A stretch of DNA of 64,000 bases from a virus: the IMG/VR virus record IMGVR_UViG_3300042691_030495, one strand, 5' to 3'. The position numbers and the translations under genes are program-made. Below the pieces are notes generated by a model that saw only the letters and a program-made list of their open reading frames with translations, was not told the DNA's origin and ran no database searches. This document shows, in pieces, positions 1 to 8,868 of the stretch. How positions within the stretch are numbered: the stretch's first letter is position 1; every line of letters begins with the position of its first letter.

Positions 1-1161
1 CAATCGCTAAATGTAAGTCAGGCTGACAAGGGTGCTGACCTTGCTAAGAAGTGGGTGGAGTTGTTGCGACAGGCTGACCCAGAGGGAGAGCCTGAAATGG
101 GCGAGGGCGTAATGTCAGAGCCAAGCGAGGGCGAATCTGGTGAGAGCGAATCGAAAGAATCAAAAGGTTCTGGTGCTATGGCAAAGGCTCTCGAATCACT
201 TGAGAAGTCTGCTATGGAAACTGAACTAAACACTTCGGACGATTTGGCTGACCAAGAGCGAAATGAAAAGTGGCAGGACGAAGCGAAAGCTCGACAAGAG
301 CAAAGCAAGAACAACGACCAGAAACGCAAAATGACTGCCAAAGTTTTTGACAAGACAACTGACCCAATGGGTTCTGGCTCGGCTTCTCGACTACAAGAAA
401 AGCGTTCGCCAACTGCCAACGAGAGAGCGAGTGCTGTCAAGATTGGTCAGATGTTAGACAAGGCAAAGTATCGTGAGCGTTCACTCCACGAAAGAAAATC
501 AGTCTTGCCAGAGGGAAAGCTAAAGGCTCGAGTGGCTGTCCAAAATGCGGCTCTAAAGTCTATGGGTATCCAATCCAACCAGCCAGCGTGGAGAAAGAAA
601 GTTCGCAAACACACGGACGACCCAACACTAAGGCTCGGAGTTATGGTGGACATTTCTGGTTCTATGAGTTCCGCTATGGAAGCTATGGCAACTACGGCGT
701 GGGTAATGGGTGAAGCAGGACACCGAATCCAAGCTAAGACGGCTATGGTGTATTACGGCTCGGGCGTATTCCCAACACTTCGAGTTGGACAACGGCTCGC
801 TGATGTATCTGTCTATTCCGCACCTGACGGCACGGAGAAGTTTGACGAAGCGTGGCAAGCACTAGACGGAGAAGTGCGACTGACTTCCAATGACGGAGTG
901 CGTATGTTGGTAATCGTATCGGACGGAAACTACACGCTCTCCCAATCTCAAAGTGCGATAGACGCACTTACGGAGTGTAAGCGAAACGGCGTGGCTGTCT
1001 TGTGGATTACACCGAGAGGTTGTATGGATTATGGTGCGAGAAACATTATCGGGCAAGCGGCGTGGGGAGTTCACCTGACCGAGATGAACACGGACGAGAT
1101 TGCTATGAGTGTTGGTAAATCCGCAACGGACGCTCTCAATAGAGTTGGTAGTCAAGCCTGA
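1..1161 (+). CDS. VWA (MIDAS) domain protein, CobT/MoxR-partner type; 5'-truncated by window edge
   Basis: Frame open from position 1; acidic linker then VMVDISGSM (DxSxS MIDAS), GT, and LVIVSDG motifs. Confidence 0.85.
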   Translation, partial: QSLNVSQADKGADLAKKWVELLRQADPEGEPEMGEGVMSEPSEGESGESESKESKGSGAMAKALESLEKSAMETELNTSDDLADQERNEKWQDEAKARQEQSKNNDQKRKMTAKVFDKTTDPMGSGSASRLQEKRSPTANERASAVKIGQMLDKAKYRERSLHERKSVLPEGKLKARVAVQNAALKSMGIQSNQPAWRKKVRKHTDDPTLRLGVMVDISGSMSSAMEAMATTAWVMGEAGHRIQAKTAMVYYGSGVFPTLRVGQRLADVSVYSAPDGTEKFDEAWQALDGEVRLTSNDGVRMLVIVSDGNYTLSQSQSAIDALTECKRNGVAVLWITPRGCMDYGARNIIGQAAWGVHLTEMNTDEIAMSVGKSATDALNRVGSQA

Positions 1162-1251
1162 TTACCTAACGGAGTGCTTGCTCGAGGGTTGAGCGAAAGT
1201 CGGGAGTTACCCCCTTTCACCCGATACTAGTTCCCCAAGAGCAAGACACTA

Positions 1252-1297
1252 GAAGCCCCGCTGGTTCTTTCCCCCCTTTAGTTGCCAGCGGGGTTTC
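1252..1297 (+). terminator. 13-bp stem terminator-like hairpin with C-rich loop
   Basis: GAAGCCCCGCTGG / CCAGCGGGGTTTC downstream of the VWA gene; loop contains CCCCCCTTT. Confidence 0.65.
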
Positions 1298-1351
1298 GCA
1301 TACCCCAGGACGATCGAGGATCGTGAGAAGTTGCCGGGCGAATTTAAAATA

Positions 1352-1394
1352 TTGTTGCCAGGTTGTTGACTCGCCGGTGCAGCCGGGGTAAACT
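1352..1394 (+). promoter_or_regulatory. sigma70-type early promoter with degenerate TTGTTG-N5-TTGTTG repeat
   Basis: TTGACT(1366)-17 bp-TAAACT(1389); 11-bp-period repeat at 1352/1363. Confidence 0.7.
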
Positions 1395-1421
1395 GAGATC
1401 GTCTAAAGAAAGGGAGGACAC

Positions 1422-1646
1422 ATGTCAGTAATAATCATCGAACACGCGCAGAATGGGTACGAGTGCCACAAGGTTGACTGCCGCGATTTAGCTAAAAAGG
1501 ATCACAAGATAAACCATTCCTGGGAAGAAGAAAACCTGGAGATTGCTGAAAAGAATTTCAATGAGGACCTCAGTGTCGAGAATGGGTACGAAGAGCCTTG
1601 GGTCTGGGCTGACCACGTAAGGGTCTACCCTTGCGCGAAAGGCTAG
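1422..1646 (+). CDS. hypothetical early protein
   Basis: SD AAGGGAGG; lies between promoter and terminator. Confidence 0.75.
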   Translation: MSVIIIEHAQNGYECHKVDCRDLAKKDHKINHSWEEENLEIAEKNFNEDLSVENGYEEPWVWADHVRVYPCAKG

Positions 1647-1677
1647 TCCAGGCAGCACAAACTACAGCAGCAAAAAT

Positions 1678-1710
1678 AAAGGCCTCCCCTGGCGGGAGGT
1701 CTTTACTTTT
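1678..1710 (+). terminator. intrinsic terminator
   Basis: AAAGGCCTCCC-ctggc-GGGAGGTCTTT followed by T-tract. Confidence 0.75.
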
Positions 1711-1731
1711 ATGGATCAAAAAAATTCTTGC

Positions 1732-1767
1732 GACACGCCTTGACTTGTCAGTCATACCTGCTAAAGT
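1732..1767 (+). promoter_or_regulatory. early promoter with upstream GACAC box and TTGTC element
   Basis: GACAC(1732), TTGACT(1740), TTGTC-N12-TAAAGT(1762) with TGn extension. Confidence 0.7.
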
Positions 1768-1810
1768 TGGAGTATCCAAATTGGATACAAGAAAGAAAAG
1801 GGGCAACAAA

Positions 1811-2077
1811 ATGGACATAGAAAACCTAGACGCAAAAGATGTAGCAATTATGACTATGGGTGCGATTGGGGCGACTGTCGAGATGTATGTCGAACAAGGC
1901 TACGCTGACCCAGCTCTCTACAAGCTGGTCGAGTTTATCGAGGGACTGTCAGTAAACCTAGAGTTTCCAGAACTCACAGAGCGTCTTACAGTTCTAAAAC
2001 TACAAACAGGCGAAGCTGTCAATGAATACATTGACACACACGGCTTGTCAGTCAAGAAAGATGAGTGGTCAAAGTGA
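1811..2077 (+). CDS. hypothetical early protein (start re-called at ATG 1811)
   Basis: SD AAAAGGGG; the longer ORF-track start would cross a terminator and promoter. Confidence 0.75.
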   Translation: MDIENLDAKDVAIMTMGAIGATVEMYVEQGYADPALYKLVEFIEGLSVNLEFPELTERLTVLKLQTGEAVNEYIDTHGLSVKKDEWSK

Positions 2078-2592
2078 AGTCAAAAGAATACGAGTTCAAT
2101 GTCTATGTGGTGGACGGCATGGTTCGCCTATCGGCTTACGAGATGAAGTATCTGGACAACCCGGAGAACCAGGAGCCGGCCGAGACAAACGGCGACAAGT
2201 TTATAACGCTGGTGATTCCAATGAACATGGACCATTTCGGCGAGGTTGCTTACTTGCTCGAGAATCCGAAGTGGCATGTGCCGAAAGAGAAACCAGAAAT
2301 GGCGGACGGCACGGAGCCTACTGAACTAGACCTACGGGCGGAAGCGATAGAGGGCTGGCAAGACTACGATTCCTGGGAGGGTGGCGAGGATTGGTATAAC
2401 GGCCTCCCGACACAACGGCTCAAGGATTGGGTAGACGGCTTGCCTGAATACGAACCGGAGCCATCTCACGAGTGGAGCATGACGACTACGGAGGTGTTTG
2501 ACCAGCTACGGCGCTCGCCAGAACGGCCTGTCTATGCGGATGTCAAGTGCCTAAACTGTGATGAAACTTACCAGGTTGGCAAGGTGTGGTAG
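2074..2592 (+). CDS. hypothetical acidic protein with C-terminal CxxC
   Basis: GTGA overlap with upstream stop. Confidence 0.7.
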   Translation: MKSKEYEFNVYVVDGMVRLSAYEMKYLDNPENQEPAETNGDKFITLVIPMNMDHFGEVAYLLENPKWHVPKEKPEMADGTEPTELDLRAEAIEGWQDYDSWEGGEDWYNGLPTQRLKDWVDGLPEYEPEPSHEWSMTTTEVFDQLRRSPERPVYADVKCLNCDETYQVGKVW

Positions 2593-2647
2593 TTGCGAAA
2601 AGCAACGGGCACGCTATAGACTGAACACACCTAACGGAAAGGGAATT

Positions 2648-2947
2648 ATGAAATTCAATGAAGCACTTGGCGAGGTGATCCGCGAGGAACGAATATCGCA
2701 GGGAAGAACGCTAAGAGAGGTTTCGGGTAAAGGGTCGCTATCACTAGGACACTTATGCGATACCGAACGCGGCGTTAAAGAGCCTTCTTCAAAAATAATC
2801 GAAGCTATCGCTATAGGACTTGGTAAAAGTCCACACGAATTAATCCTGGAAACTGGACTAAAAATGTATCGAGAGTCAACGCCAGAAGTTTTGTTCGCGC
2901 CTAGAAGTTTTGAGTGGATCGATCAATATTCAGATCTAGTGAAATAA
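2648..2947 (+). CDS. XRE-family HTH regulator, ClgR-like
   Basis: LGEVIREERISQGRTLREVS...SLGHLCDTERGVKEPSS resembles actinobacterial ClgR; SD AAGGGA before ATG 2648. Confidence 0.75.
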   Translation: MKFNEALGEVIREERISQGRTLREVSGKGSLSLGHLCDTERGVKEPSSKIIEAIAIGLGKSPHELILETGLKMYRESTPEVLFAPRSFEWIDQYSDLVK

Positions 2948-3021
2948 TTTTCCGAATCTAACGCAAAATGTCTTAGGACTATGCTACGATTTAGATACCC
3001 AAGAGAAAGGGAGAAATAAAA

Positions 3022-3540
3022 ATGGGTATGGATGTTTATGGCAAGAAACCAACCAACGAGGTTGGCGAGTATTTTCGTAGAAATGTTTGGGGCTGGCGAC
3101 CTCTATGGCAGTATGTCGAGGACAATCACTCAGAGATTGCTGCTCTTGTGGAATACGCTCAGTCGAACGATGGCGATGGACTCAACGAAACAAAAAGCAA
3201 ATTGCTCTCAAAACTACTCAGGGAAGACTTGGCTAGTGGTAAGGCACAAGCTTACATAGATTCTAGAAACAAGTATCTTGCGAGTCTGCCTTTAGAGCAT
3301 TGCGATTTGTGTGATGGAACTGGAATCAGAACTGATGAGGTTGGTGTCAGTAATGGTATGCCAGAGCGAGAACTGTCGCCAGAGATGGCGAGCATTATTG
3401 GGCGAGCCAAGGGCTACTGTAATGGTTGTCACGGCGAGGGAACTAAAGTTGCTTGGGACACTCACTACTCAGTAGACTTAGAGGACCTAGAAGAGTTTGC
3501 CGACTTCCTAGAGAGCTGTGGTGGATTCGAGATTTGTTAG
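3022..3540 (+). CDS. hypothetical phage protein with DnaJ-type zinc-finger motifs
   Basis: CDLCDGTG and CNGCHGEG (CxxCxGxG pair); SD AAAGGGAG. Confidence 0.75.
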   Translation: MGMDVYGKKPTNEVGEYFRRNVWGWRPLWQYVEDNHSEIAALVEYAQSNDGDGLNETKSKLLSKLLREDLASGKAQAYIDSRNKYLASLPLEHCDLCDGTGIRTDEVGVSNGMPERELSPEMASIIGRAKGYCNGCHGEGTKVAWDTHYSVDLEDLEEFADFLESCGGFEIC

Positions 3541-3554
3541 CCCCCCTAACAAAA

Positions 3555-3655
3555 CAACCTGAGTAAGTTGTAAAACTGCTCATAGACTTAGGGAAAGACC
3601 CCTGCTTAGCAGGTTCAACGCCCGAAGCAACCTGAGCAAGTTGTAAAACTGCTCA
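3555..3655 (+). repeat. two 28-nt direct repeats, each able to fold as an H-type pseudoknot
   Basis: CAACCTGAG(T/C)AAGTTGTAAAACTGCTCA at 3555-3582 and 3628-3655. Confidence 0.85.
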
Positions 3656-3699
3656 CTAAACTTTTACCGGCGGTTACCGGCTCCGGTGGATCTAAAATT

Positions 3700-3756
3700 T
3701 TGTTACTAATTTGTTATCGCGATTAGCGCGTGTTTGTCGGTGGCTGCCGCTAAACT
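3700..3756 (+). promoter_or_regulatory. early promoter, class TTGTTA-N5-TTGTTA-N17-TTGTC-N12-(-10)
   Basis: TTGTTA 3700/3711, TTGTC 3734, TAAACT 3751; same spacing at 4140, 8438, 8962. Confidence 0.8.
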
Positions 3757-3796
3757 AAAAACAAGTCCAACCAGGGTGGTTGGCAAAAGGGGAATA

Positions 3797-3967
3797 ATGC
3801 TAAAGATCGGAACTAAAGTTTTTGTGGCAGAACACAAGAGCATAGTTGGACGTGTGGCAAACTTCGATGTTGAAGAAGGATACGTTTACGTCAGGACAAC
3901 TGATAACAACGTGATTTGGATTCACCAAGATAAACTGGTAGTATCTAATCAAGAAGGGGAGGTGTGA
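3797..3967 (+). CDS. small hypothetical protein (SH3-like beta pattern)
   Basis: SD AAAAGGGG before ATG 3797. Confidence 0.7.
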   Translation: MLKIGTKVFVAEHKSIVGRVANFDVEEGYVYVRTTDNNVIWIHQDKLVVSNQEGEV

Positions 3968-3968
3968 G

Positions 3969-4070
3969 ATGGAAGAATGGACAAATGGTAGCCTAATCAA
4001 CACAGAGGCTATTGAGGCTCTAACACCAGAGCAAATAAAACAGCTGGAAGAAATTTTAGCTAAGCTCTAA
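3969..4070 (+). CDS. small hypothetical protein (33 aa)
   Basis: SD GGAGGTG; ends just before terminator; not in ORF track. Confidence 0.55.
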   Translation: MEEWTNGSLINTEAIEALTPEQIKQLEEILAKL

Positions 4071-4080
4071 GCTTTATGGA

Positions 4081-4109
4081 TAGCCCCCCGAAAGGGGGGT
4101 TATTTTTTT
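4081..4109 (+). terminator. intrinsic terminator
   Basis: TAGCCCCCC-GAAA-GGGGGGTTA plus T7. Confidence 0.9.
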
Positions 4110-4139
4110 GCCGGATCCGGCGCTCCGGTGATCCAAATT

Positions 4140-4196
4140 TTGTTATGGATTTGTTATTAAAATGTCCTCACTTTTGTCGGCGGTATAGGGTAAAGT
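4140..4196 (+). promoter_or_regulatory. early promoter, TTGTTA-repeat class
   Basis: TTGTTA 4140/4151, TTGTC 4174, TAAAGT 4191. Confidence 0.8.
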
Positions 4197-4302
4197 GAAT
4201 TATGGAATTAGGATTCTACAAAGTACAAAGATAGGTAATTCTAGAAGTAGATGAAATGCCTTCTCCTAATACCAAACTAAAAACTAGACAAAGGGGAAAC
4301 AA

Positions 4303-4494
4303 ATGGAAAAAGACTCAAGAGTGGCAACAGTTTCAGAGCTACCGAAATGCGATTTCTGCGGGGGTAGCGCTAGATACGATGGTGCAACTAAACTAGGCCC
4401 GTGGGCCTTTATGTGCCAAACAGACTGGCTAGCGAATGGCGTTGGGCTAGGATTAGGTAAAGGGCAATTACTACTAAAAGAAAAGGGAAACTAA
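4303..4494 (+). CDS. small Cys-containing phage protein
   Basis: CDFC...YDGATKLGPWAFMC...GLGLGKGQ; SD AAGGGG. Confidence 0.8.
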   Translation: MEKDSRVATVSELPKCDFCGGSARYDGATKLGPWAFMCQTDWLANGVGLGLGKGQLLLKEKGN

Positions 4495-4733
4495 TGAACG
4501 AGATAAATGTTTATGGAACAACTTACTCACGCGAATACATTGAGAGTCAAGTGGAGGGCTACAAAAAGATGAGAGCCGATTTGGCTAATGGAACAATTAC
4601 GCCCCGCCGTGTAGTTGGAACAGGATACAAAAACAGCCGCATGGTTGCGGAAGTGTGGATAGGCGAAAACATCGCCAGATACGAAACACTAAAAGCAGTA
4701 ATGGATTCAGCCTTGACACCAAGTGTCAAGTAG
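4494..4733 (+). CDS. hypothetical protein
   Basis: TAATG coupling, SD AAGGG. Confidence 0.7.
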   Translation: MNEINVYGTTYSREYIESQVEGYKKMRADLANGTITPRRVVGTGYKNSRMVAEVWIGENIARYETLKAVMDSALTPSVK

Positions 4734-4768
4734 TGGACAATTAGAAACACAACAGAAAGGGAAATGAA

Positions 4769-4975
4769 ATGGCTACAACAGTTGGAGATTTGATCAAGAG
4801 TCTACAGACAGTGGACCCTAATACCCCCGTGGTATTTCAGTACTTGCTACCGGAACACACAGACTACACAACCAAAAAGTTTGCGAAACTAAGTGAAGCA
4901 TTAGAGTACACCAGTTTCGCGGATGAAATGTCTAGAGAGTTTACAGGCTGGCTAGAAGAAATGGAGACAGTCTAA
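4769..4975 (+). CDS. hypothetical protein
   Basis: SD AAAGGG; preceded by TTGACA-17-GACAAT overlapping palindrome CTTGACAC-caa-GTGTCAAG. Confidence 0.7.
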   Translation: MATTVGDLIKSLQTVDPNTPVVFQYLLPEHTDYTTKKFAKLSEALEYTSFADEMSREFTGWLEEMETV

Positions 4976-5151
4976 TGAGCTGGCTTGTTGACTTAGTCTC
5001 AGAGCGTGGCTTGAATACAGTAATGGCTACCGTGGAAGCAGAAACAACAGTTTCGGCTTATCTGTTGCTTGAGGATGAAAACTTTCTTGTCGCGCTAAGA
5101 AGCGTTGAGACTTTAGAAGGTCTTATTGATTGGGTAAACGAAAACTACTAG
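4975..5151 (+). CDS. small hypothetical protein (58 aa)
   Basis: TAATG coupling; not in ORF track. Confidence 0.6.
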   Translation: MSWLVDLVSERGLNTVMATVEAETTVSAYLLLEDENFLVALRSVETLEGLIDWVNENY

Positions 5152-5216
5152 CGCCGCGCGCTTGACAACTGCCGGCCAGTGGCGTATTCTTTAGACAAAG
5201 GGAAAGGGATCAGAAA

Positions 5217-5324
5217 ATGGCAAAGAAACACATTCATCAATTCCAATGGGGAGCTTGCGCGATCTGTGGCAAAGTTGTCAACAAAGGTCTTGGAGTGGAT
5301 CTACTCAAAGGAAAAAAAGTTTAA
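5217..5324 (+). CDS. small CxxC protein (35 aa)
   Basis: TTGACA-17-TATTCT promoter at about 5162 and SD AAAGGG. Confidence 0.5.
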   Translation: MAKKHIHQFQWGACAICGKVVNKGLGVDLLKGKKV

Positions 5325-5399
5325 GACACACGTGAGCTAACAGCAACGAATGTGGTACAGTTCAAATGCAACACAAAACTAAACGAAAGGGAGAATCAA

Positions 5400-5675
5400 A
5401 TGGGAAGAATGTATGCCGAAGGCATAGCAGAATCAGAAATACCTCTAGAGCAACAGATAGAGTGGCACCTAAAGGGTAATCACTATCCTCCGGTCCCGAA
5501 GTCCATGGTCAAGCCTTGTATGGAAGCTATTGAAGCTTGCAACGAAGAAGATTGGAACAGGGAAATTGCAATGCCCGAGGGAGTTCTTTACCGAGGCTTG
5601 ACTTTTGCTCCGGCCTCAGCTATTGTGGAAGCACATCACTTAGATACTTGGATTACAAACGAAGGGGATTACTAA
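5400..5675 (+). CDS. hypothetical phage protein (HLxGNHYPPVP motif)
   Basis: SD AAAGGGAG before ATG 5400. Confidence 0.75.
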   Translation: MGRMYAEGIAESEIPLEQQIEWHLKGNHYPPVPKSMVKPCMEAIEACNEEDWNREIAMPEGVLYRGLTFAPASAIVEAHHLDTWITNEGDY

Positions 5676-5676
5676 A

Positions 5677-6024
5677 ATGGGAAACAGGGCTTACATTCAG
5701 ATTGACAGCAAGAATCTAGACTTACCAATTATTCTTTATGGACACTGGTCAGGCGATGATAACCTTACTGCCGTAAAAAATGTTTTAGCTAGGACAACTA
5801 GGATTGGCGACCCTAGCTATCTTGTGGCTCAGATTTTTTATGAGTTCGCGACTCTAGGCAACTACGATGGTGAGTTGTCTTTCGGTATTGAAGTTGGACA
5901 GCTAGCAGGTGGCGAAATGGCAGATGTGCCAAATGTCTATGTTCACGCCGATAGTGGAGCGTATTCTTATTGCGACAAGGTGTATACTGAGTTTGTCCGA
6001 TACCCCGCGGTAGTTGGATTCTAG
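5677..6024 (+). CDS. hypothetical phage protein (MGNRA...YGHWSG)
   Basis: ORF track; SD AAGGGG. Confidence 0.75.
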   Translation: MGNRAYIQIDSKNLDLPIILYGHWSGDDNLTAVKNVLARTTRIGDPSYLVAQIFYEFATLGNYDGELSFGIEVGQLAGGEMADVPNVYVHADSGAYSYCDKVYTEFVRYPAVVGF

Positions 6025-6063
6025 GTTTCAGCTTGAGTTGAGCTTGCTCCTCAGGCTGGAAGC

Positions 6064-6130
6064 GGATTAGGTATTATCCCCCTTTTACCTAATCCAAGGC
6101 GGTAGTGGATTCCCCCAATTCACTACCGCC
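6064..6130 (+). ncRNA. tandem 3' hairpins with C-rich loops (second probably also the terminator)
   Basis: 10-bp stem with loop TTATCCCCCTTT; 14-bp stem with loop CCCCC; T-tract follows. Confidence 0.55.
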
Positions 6131-6227
6131 AAAACTTTTTTTGGATCCATAAGATTCCGGTGTGGATACTTGACAAATGTCAGTAGCTACTAGTAGGGTT
6201 CTATTACCTAATGAAAGGGGTAAGTAA

Positions 6228-6374
6228 ATGCTAAAGACAACTTGCTATAAATGCGACAAAGAGATAGAAGTTTTGAGCGACAGGGTAGTTCACCCTTTAT
6301 GCGGTGAGTGTCAAGAAAGTTTTGATGATTGGTTTCAGCGAGAGCTAAATGCGATTGAGCGGTGTGGTAAATGA
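6228..6374 (+). CDS. small zinc-finger protein (CxxC...CxxC)
   Basis: SD AAAGGGG; ATGA overlap with next gene; promoter TTGACA-18-TAGGGT upstream. Confidence 0.65.
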   Translation: MLKTTCYKCDKEIEVLSDRVVHPLCGECQESFDDWFQRELNAIERCGK

Positions 6375-6649
6375 GCAAAATAGAAACTTGCCGTAAAGGT
6401 CATTCAAGAATTAATCTTTACACTACAACACCAAGTGGAGTTCGATACTGTAAAGACTGTAATTCAATTAGGCAGGGCGCTTGGAGAGCTAAGACTGGTA
6501 GAGTAAGCAAAACTAATTCAAAATACGCCGAAGTCTATGACGCAAACGTTAGGATTACAATTGCTAATCTAGAGAAGCGAGTAACACAGATACAAAAGCA
6601 AATTGCCAAACACAAGGCACGAGTAGAGAGGGGTGAAACTGTTGAGTAA
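6371..6649 (+). CDS. Cys/His-motif protein with coiled-coil tail
   Basis: CRKGH...RYCKDC motif. Confidence 0.7.
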   Translation: MSKIETCRKGHSRINLYTTTPSGVRYCKDCNSIRQGAWRAKTGRVSKTNSKYAEVYDANVRITIANLEKRVTQIQKQIAKHKARVERGETVE

Positions 6650-6845
6650 GCAAGTCTATTTTGTAGTTGGTGTGGACTTAGACTCCAAAGAGCCGTTTAT
6701 AGATGATGACACTTTTACAGCTAGGTTTAGCAAGAGTGAGCAAGTTTGGGACACCGAATTAAATGAATGGGTGAACGACCCCGAGCTGGAGCTCTATGCG
6801 GAAGCTCTAGAGATTCTAAACAAGAAGAGGCCGCGAGATGATTGA
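6642..6845 (+). CDS. hypothetical protein
   Basis: ORF track; overlaps both neighbours; start uncertain (6633 or 6642). Confidence 0.65.
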   Translation: MSKQVYFVVGVDLDSKEPFIDDDTFTARFSKSEQVWDTELNEWVNDPELELYAEALEILNKKRPRDD

Positions 6846-7296
6846 GTTTGGGCCGGCCGACAGTAGATCTAGAAGGCTTAGTCTTCCCGAGTTAATAACT
6901 AAAGTGGTTACATACAAAGAGCTTGACTTAGAAGTTAGATATCAGATTAGCTTTACTGGCGAGCGCTTAAGGGTAGAGTCAATGGAAGTTTCGGGAGCGT
7001 CTGGAATTACTACTGCCGCGCTAACTAAACTAAAGATTCCCGAGATTCTTAGAAGCCTGGTCTATGAGTACAACCCCTGGCTACATAACTTAATAGCTAG
7101 TGGGGACACTAACAAAGTATCCCTGGCACAGCTTTACTGGGCAGAGTATGCTTGCCAGGGTAGCCCGCGCCTGGTGGTAAAGAATCAGATTGGTAAGGCT
7201 ACAAACACTACTAACTATCACCTTAGAAAATTCGAGGCCAGTGGTCTAATCCCCAAAGATCGACAATCGCCGGCCCCGCGAGCGCGACACGCCTAA
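6838..7296 (+). CDS. hypothetical protein, possible C-terminal HTH
   Basis: ORF track; TNYHLRKFEASGLI resembles a winged-helix end. Confidence 0.65.
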   Translation: MIEFGPADSRSRRLSLPELITKVVTYKELDLEVRYQISFTGERLRVESMEVSGASGITTAALTKLKIPEILRSLVYEYNPWLHNLIASGDTNKVSLAQLYWAEYACQGSPRLVVKNQIGKATNTTNYHLRKFEASGLIPKDRQSPAPRARHA

Positions 7297-7371
7297 AACA
7301 AATGCTGGAAAATGTCGGTAGGTTTTGCTAGATTGGTCTTGTAAGCAAGTTGCTTACAGTTAGGGGTAAAA

Positions 7372-7611
7372 ATGTCAAATGTTCCAATGTCAATGAGTTA
7401 TGCGTATGAGCGAGTTATGGCACTAGCAGGGGGCGAACAAGAATACAGCGACAGCAGTAAGTCAGCGATTTGGCGTGAGATTTCAACTAACCAAGAAATT
7501 AGAAACTTGTCGCTTAGATACTTGTATGGAGATTCATACAAAGCTAAACTAAACTTAGAGCGACTAGACACAAAGCTAGTGGAAGTATTTTCGATAGGGG
7601 TAAGAGCGTGA
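7372..7611 (+). CDS. hypothetical protein
   Basis: Promoter ATGTC-N12-TAGATT, 5' hairpin, SD AGGGG. Confidence 0.7.
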   Translation: MSNVPMSMSYAYERVMALAGGEQEYSDSSKSAIWREISTNQEIRNLSLRYLYGDSYKAKLNLERLDTKLVEVFSIGVRA

Positions 7612-7898
7612 AGCGACTAACACCATACCAAAAGCGTCAACGAGCTGGGAAGCGTGAGTGGGCTAAGTTTCAGAAGTATAGGTTTCACTACCAACACCTA
7701 GCAACCCTGTTTTCAGGTTTCGCTGTATGCGGTGGTTTTCTTTTGGTTATGGGTTTTATCAAAGGCAACCATACCGTAGTGGAGATTATTGCCGCCTATG
7801 GTTTGACTACCCTTGTTGGGGTATTTCTAAGCCTTAGGGAGTATTTTGTAGTCAAGTCAAGCTGGCGTTATTGGAAGCTAAGGATCCAAAATAATTAG
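7608..7898 (+). CDS. membrane protein (2 TM)
   Basis: Two hydrophobic stretches; GTGA overlap. Confidence 0.7.
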   Translation: MKRLTPYQKRQRAGKREWAKFQKYRFHYQHLATLFSGFAVCGGFLLVMGFIKGNHTVVEIIAAYGLTTLVGVFLSLREYFVVKSSWRYWKLRIQNN

Positions 7899-7975
7899 TT
7901 GACACGCTGGAGTTTTTAGTAGTTCTATGCTACTGTTTTAGTATCTGGAAATGCCAGATAGATAAGGGGCAACAA

Positions 7976-8341
7976 ATGAACAAGGCATTAGAAGTAAGTT
8001 CAAAGGGTGAAGTTCGGGAGTATGACATTACCGAGGGTTCGCTAGAGAAGCTACAGAGTTCTGTAGACGGTTTGATAGAAGCAATAGCTATCAACGATGT
8101 AATCACAATGTGGGTCAATGAGGAGTTTCTGTTCAAAGCAGAGCTAGACCCTAACCCTATGGCAACAGCGTTCTTCGAGTCTGTTGGTGGAACTTATCCG
8201 ATACACGGAACTGTAGTTTTCACTGGTGGGTTTGATGAAGAGGGAGCAACACTAGGACTTAGCAACACCGACCTAGACAAGCTACAAAGAATCTCCGAGT
8301 CTATGCGAGAGTCTATGAAGCAGTTCGGTTATGTGAGCTAA
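7976..8341 (+). CDS. DUF3846-like protein
   Basis: LQSSVDGLIE...MWVNEE...NPMAT...IHGTVVFTG pattern. Confidence 0.75.
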   Translation: MNKALEVSSKGEVREYDITEGSLEKLQSSVDGLIEAIAINDVITMWVNEEFLFKAELDPNPMATAFFESVGGTYPIHGTVVFTGGFDEEGATLGLSNTDLDKLQRISESMRESMKQFGYVS

Positions 8342-8437
8342 ACTAAAAAGCCTAAGCCCCCTAATAATCTCGACCTGAGAGTCAGATTAGGGGGTTTAAC
8401 TTTTGCCTGGATCCTGGATCGATCAAGTGGCAAATTT

Positions 8438-8494
8438 TTGTTACCAACTTGTTATCAAAATAAGTTCACTTTTGTCGGGGGTAGAGATTAGACT
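8438..8494 (+). promoter_or_regulatory. early promoter, TTGTTA-repeat class
   Basis: TTGTTA 8438/8449, TTGTC 8472, TAGACT 8489. Confidence 0.8.
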
Positions 8495-8560
8495 ACTAGG
8501 GTAGTCAGGAAGTCAAGGTGACCGAGGGCTACAAGACCTTTGGGTCAGAAGGGGGCAGAA

Positions 8561-8857
8561 ATGTCTAATGTATTAGTTGCGGTATCACTCGAGGAAACTA
8601 TTGCTGAACTTGCTGAAGTTAGAGCGAGGAAGGCAGAACTCTCCGAGCGTGAGAGCGAGATTAGAAGTTTGGTTTTGGATACGGTTGCTAAGCAACCAAC
8701 TCAAATACTAAACGGTAATGGTGACCTTATCGCTGAAGTCACACTTAGCGAGCGTAGGTCTATCAACAGTTGGGACGATTTCGAAACTAAGTTCCCTGAA
8801 GCGTATGACGCTTTAGTGAAGTTCGGGGAAGTTCTAACTCTCAACCTTCCGAGATAG
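8561..8857 (+). CDS. hypothetical protein with N-terminal coiled coil
   Basis: SD AAGGGGG before ATG 8561; followed by terminator. Confidence 0.75.
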   Translation: MSNVLVAVSLEETIAELAEVRARKAELSERESEIRSLVLDTVAKQPTQILNGNGDLIAEVTLSERRSINSWDDFETKFPEAYDALVKFGEVLTLNLPR

Positions 8858-8868
8858 CAAAAGTCAAA

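Noticed and set aside
3555-3655. Mini-CRISPR array (repeat-spacer-repeat) or tRNA (GGTTCAA in the spacer)
   Set aside because: Only two repeats, no CRISPR-like terminal motif, no cas operon, no cloverleaf; pseudoknot pairing explains the repeat better
4203-4235. 10-codon leaderless ORF or structured leader after the 4140 promoter
   Set aside because: Some pairing (ATTAGGA/TCCTAAT, TCTAC/GTAGA) exists but is too weak to support a call without comparative data
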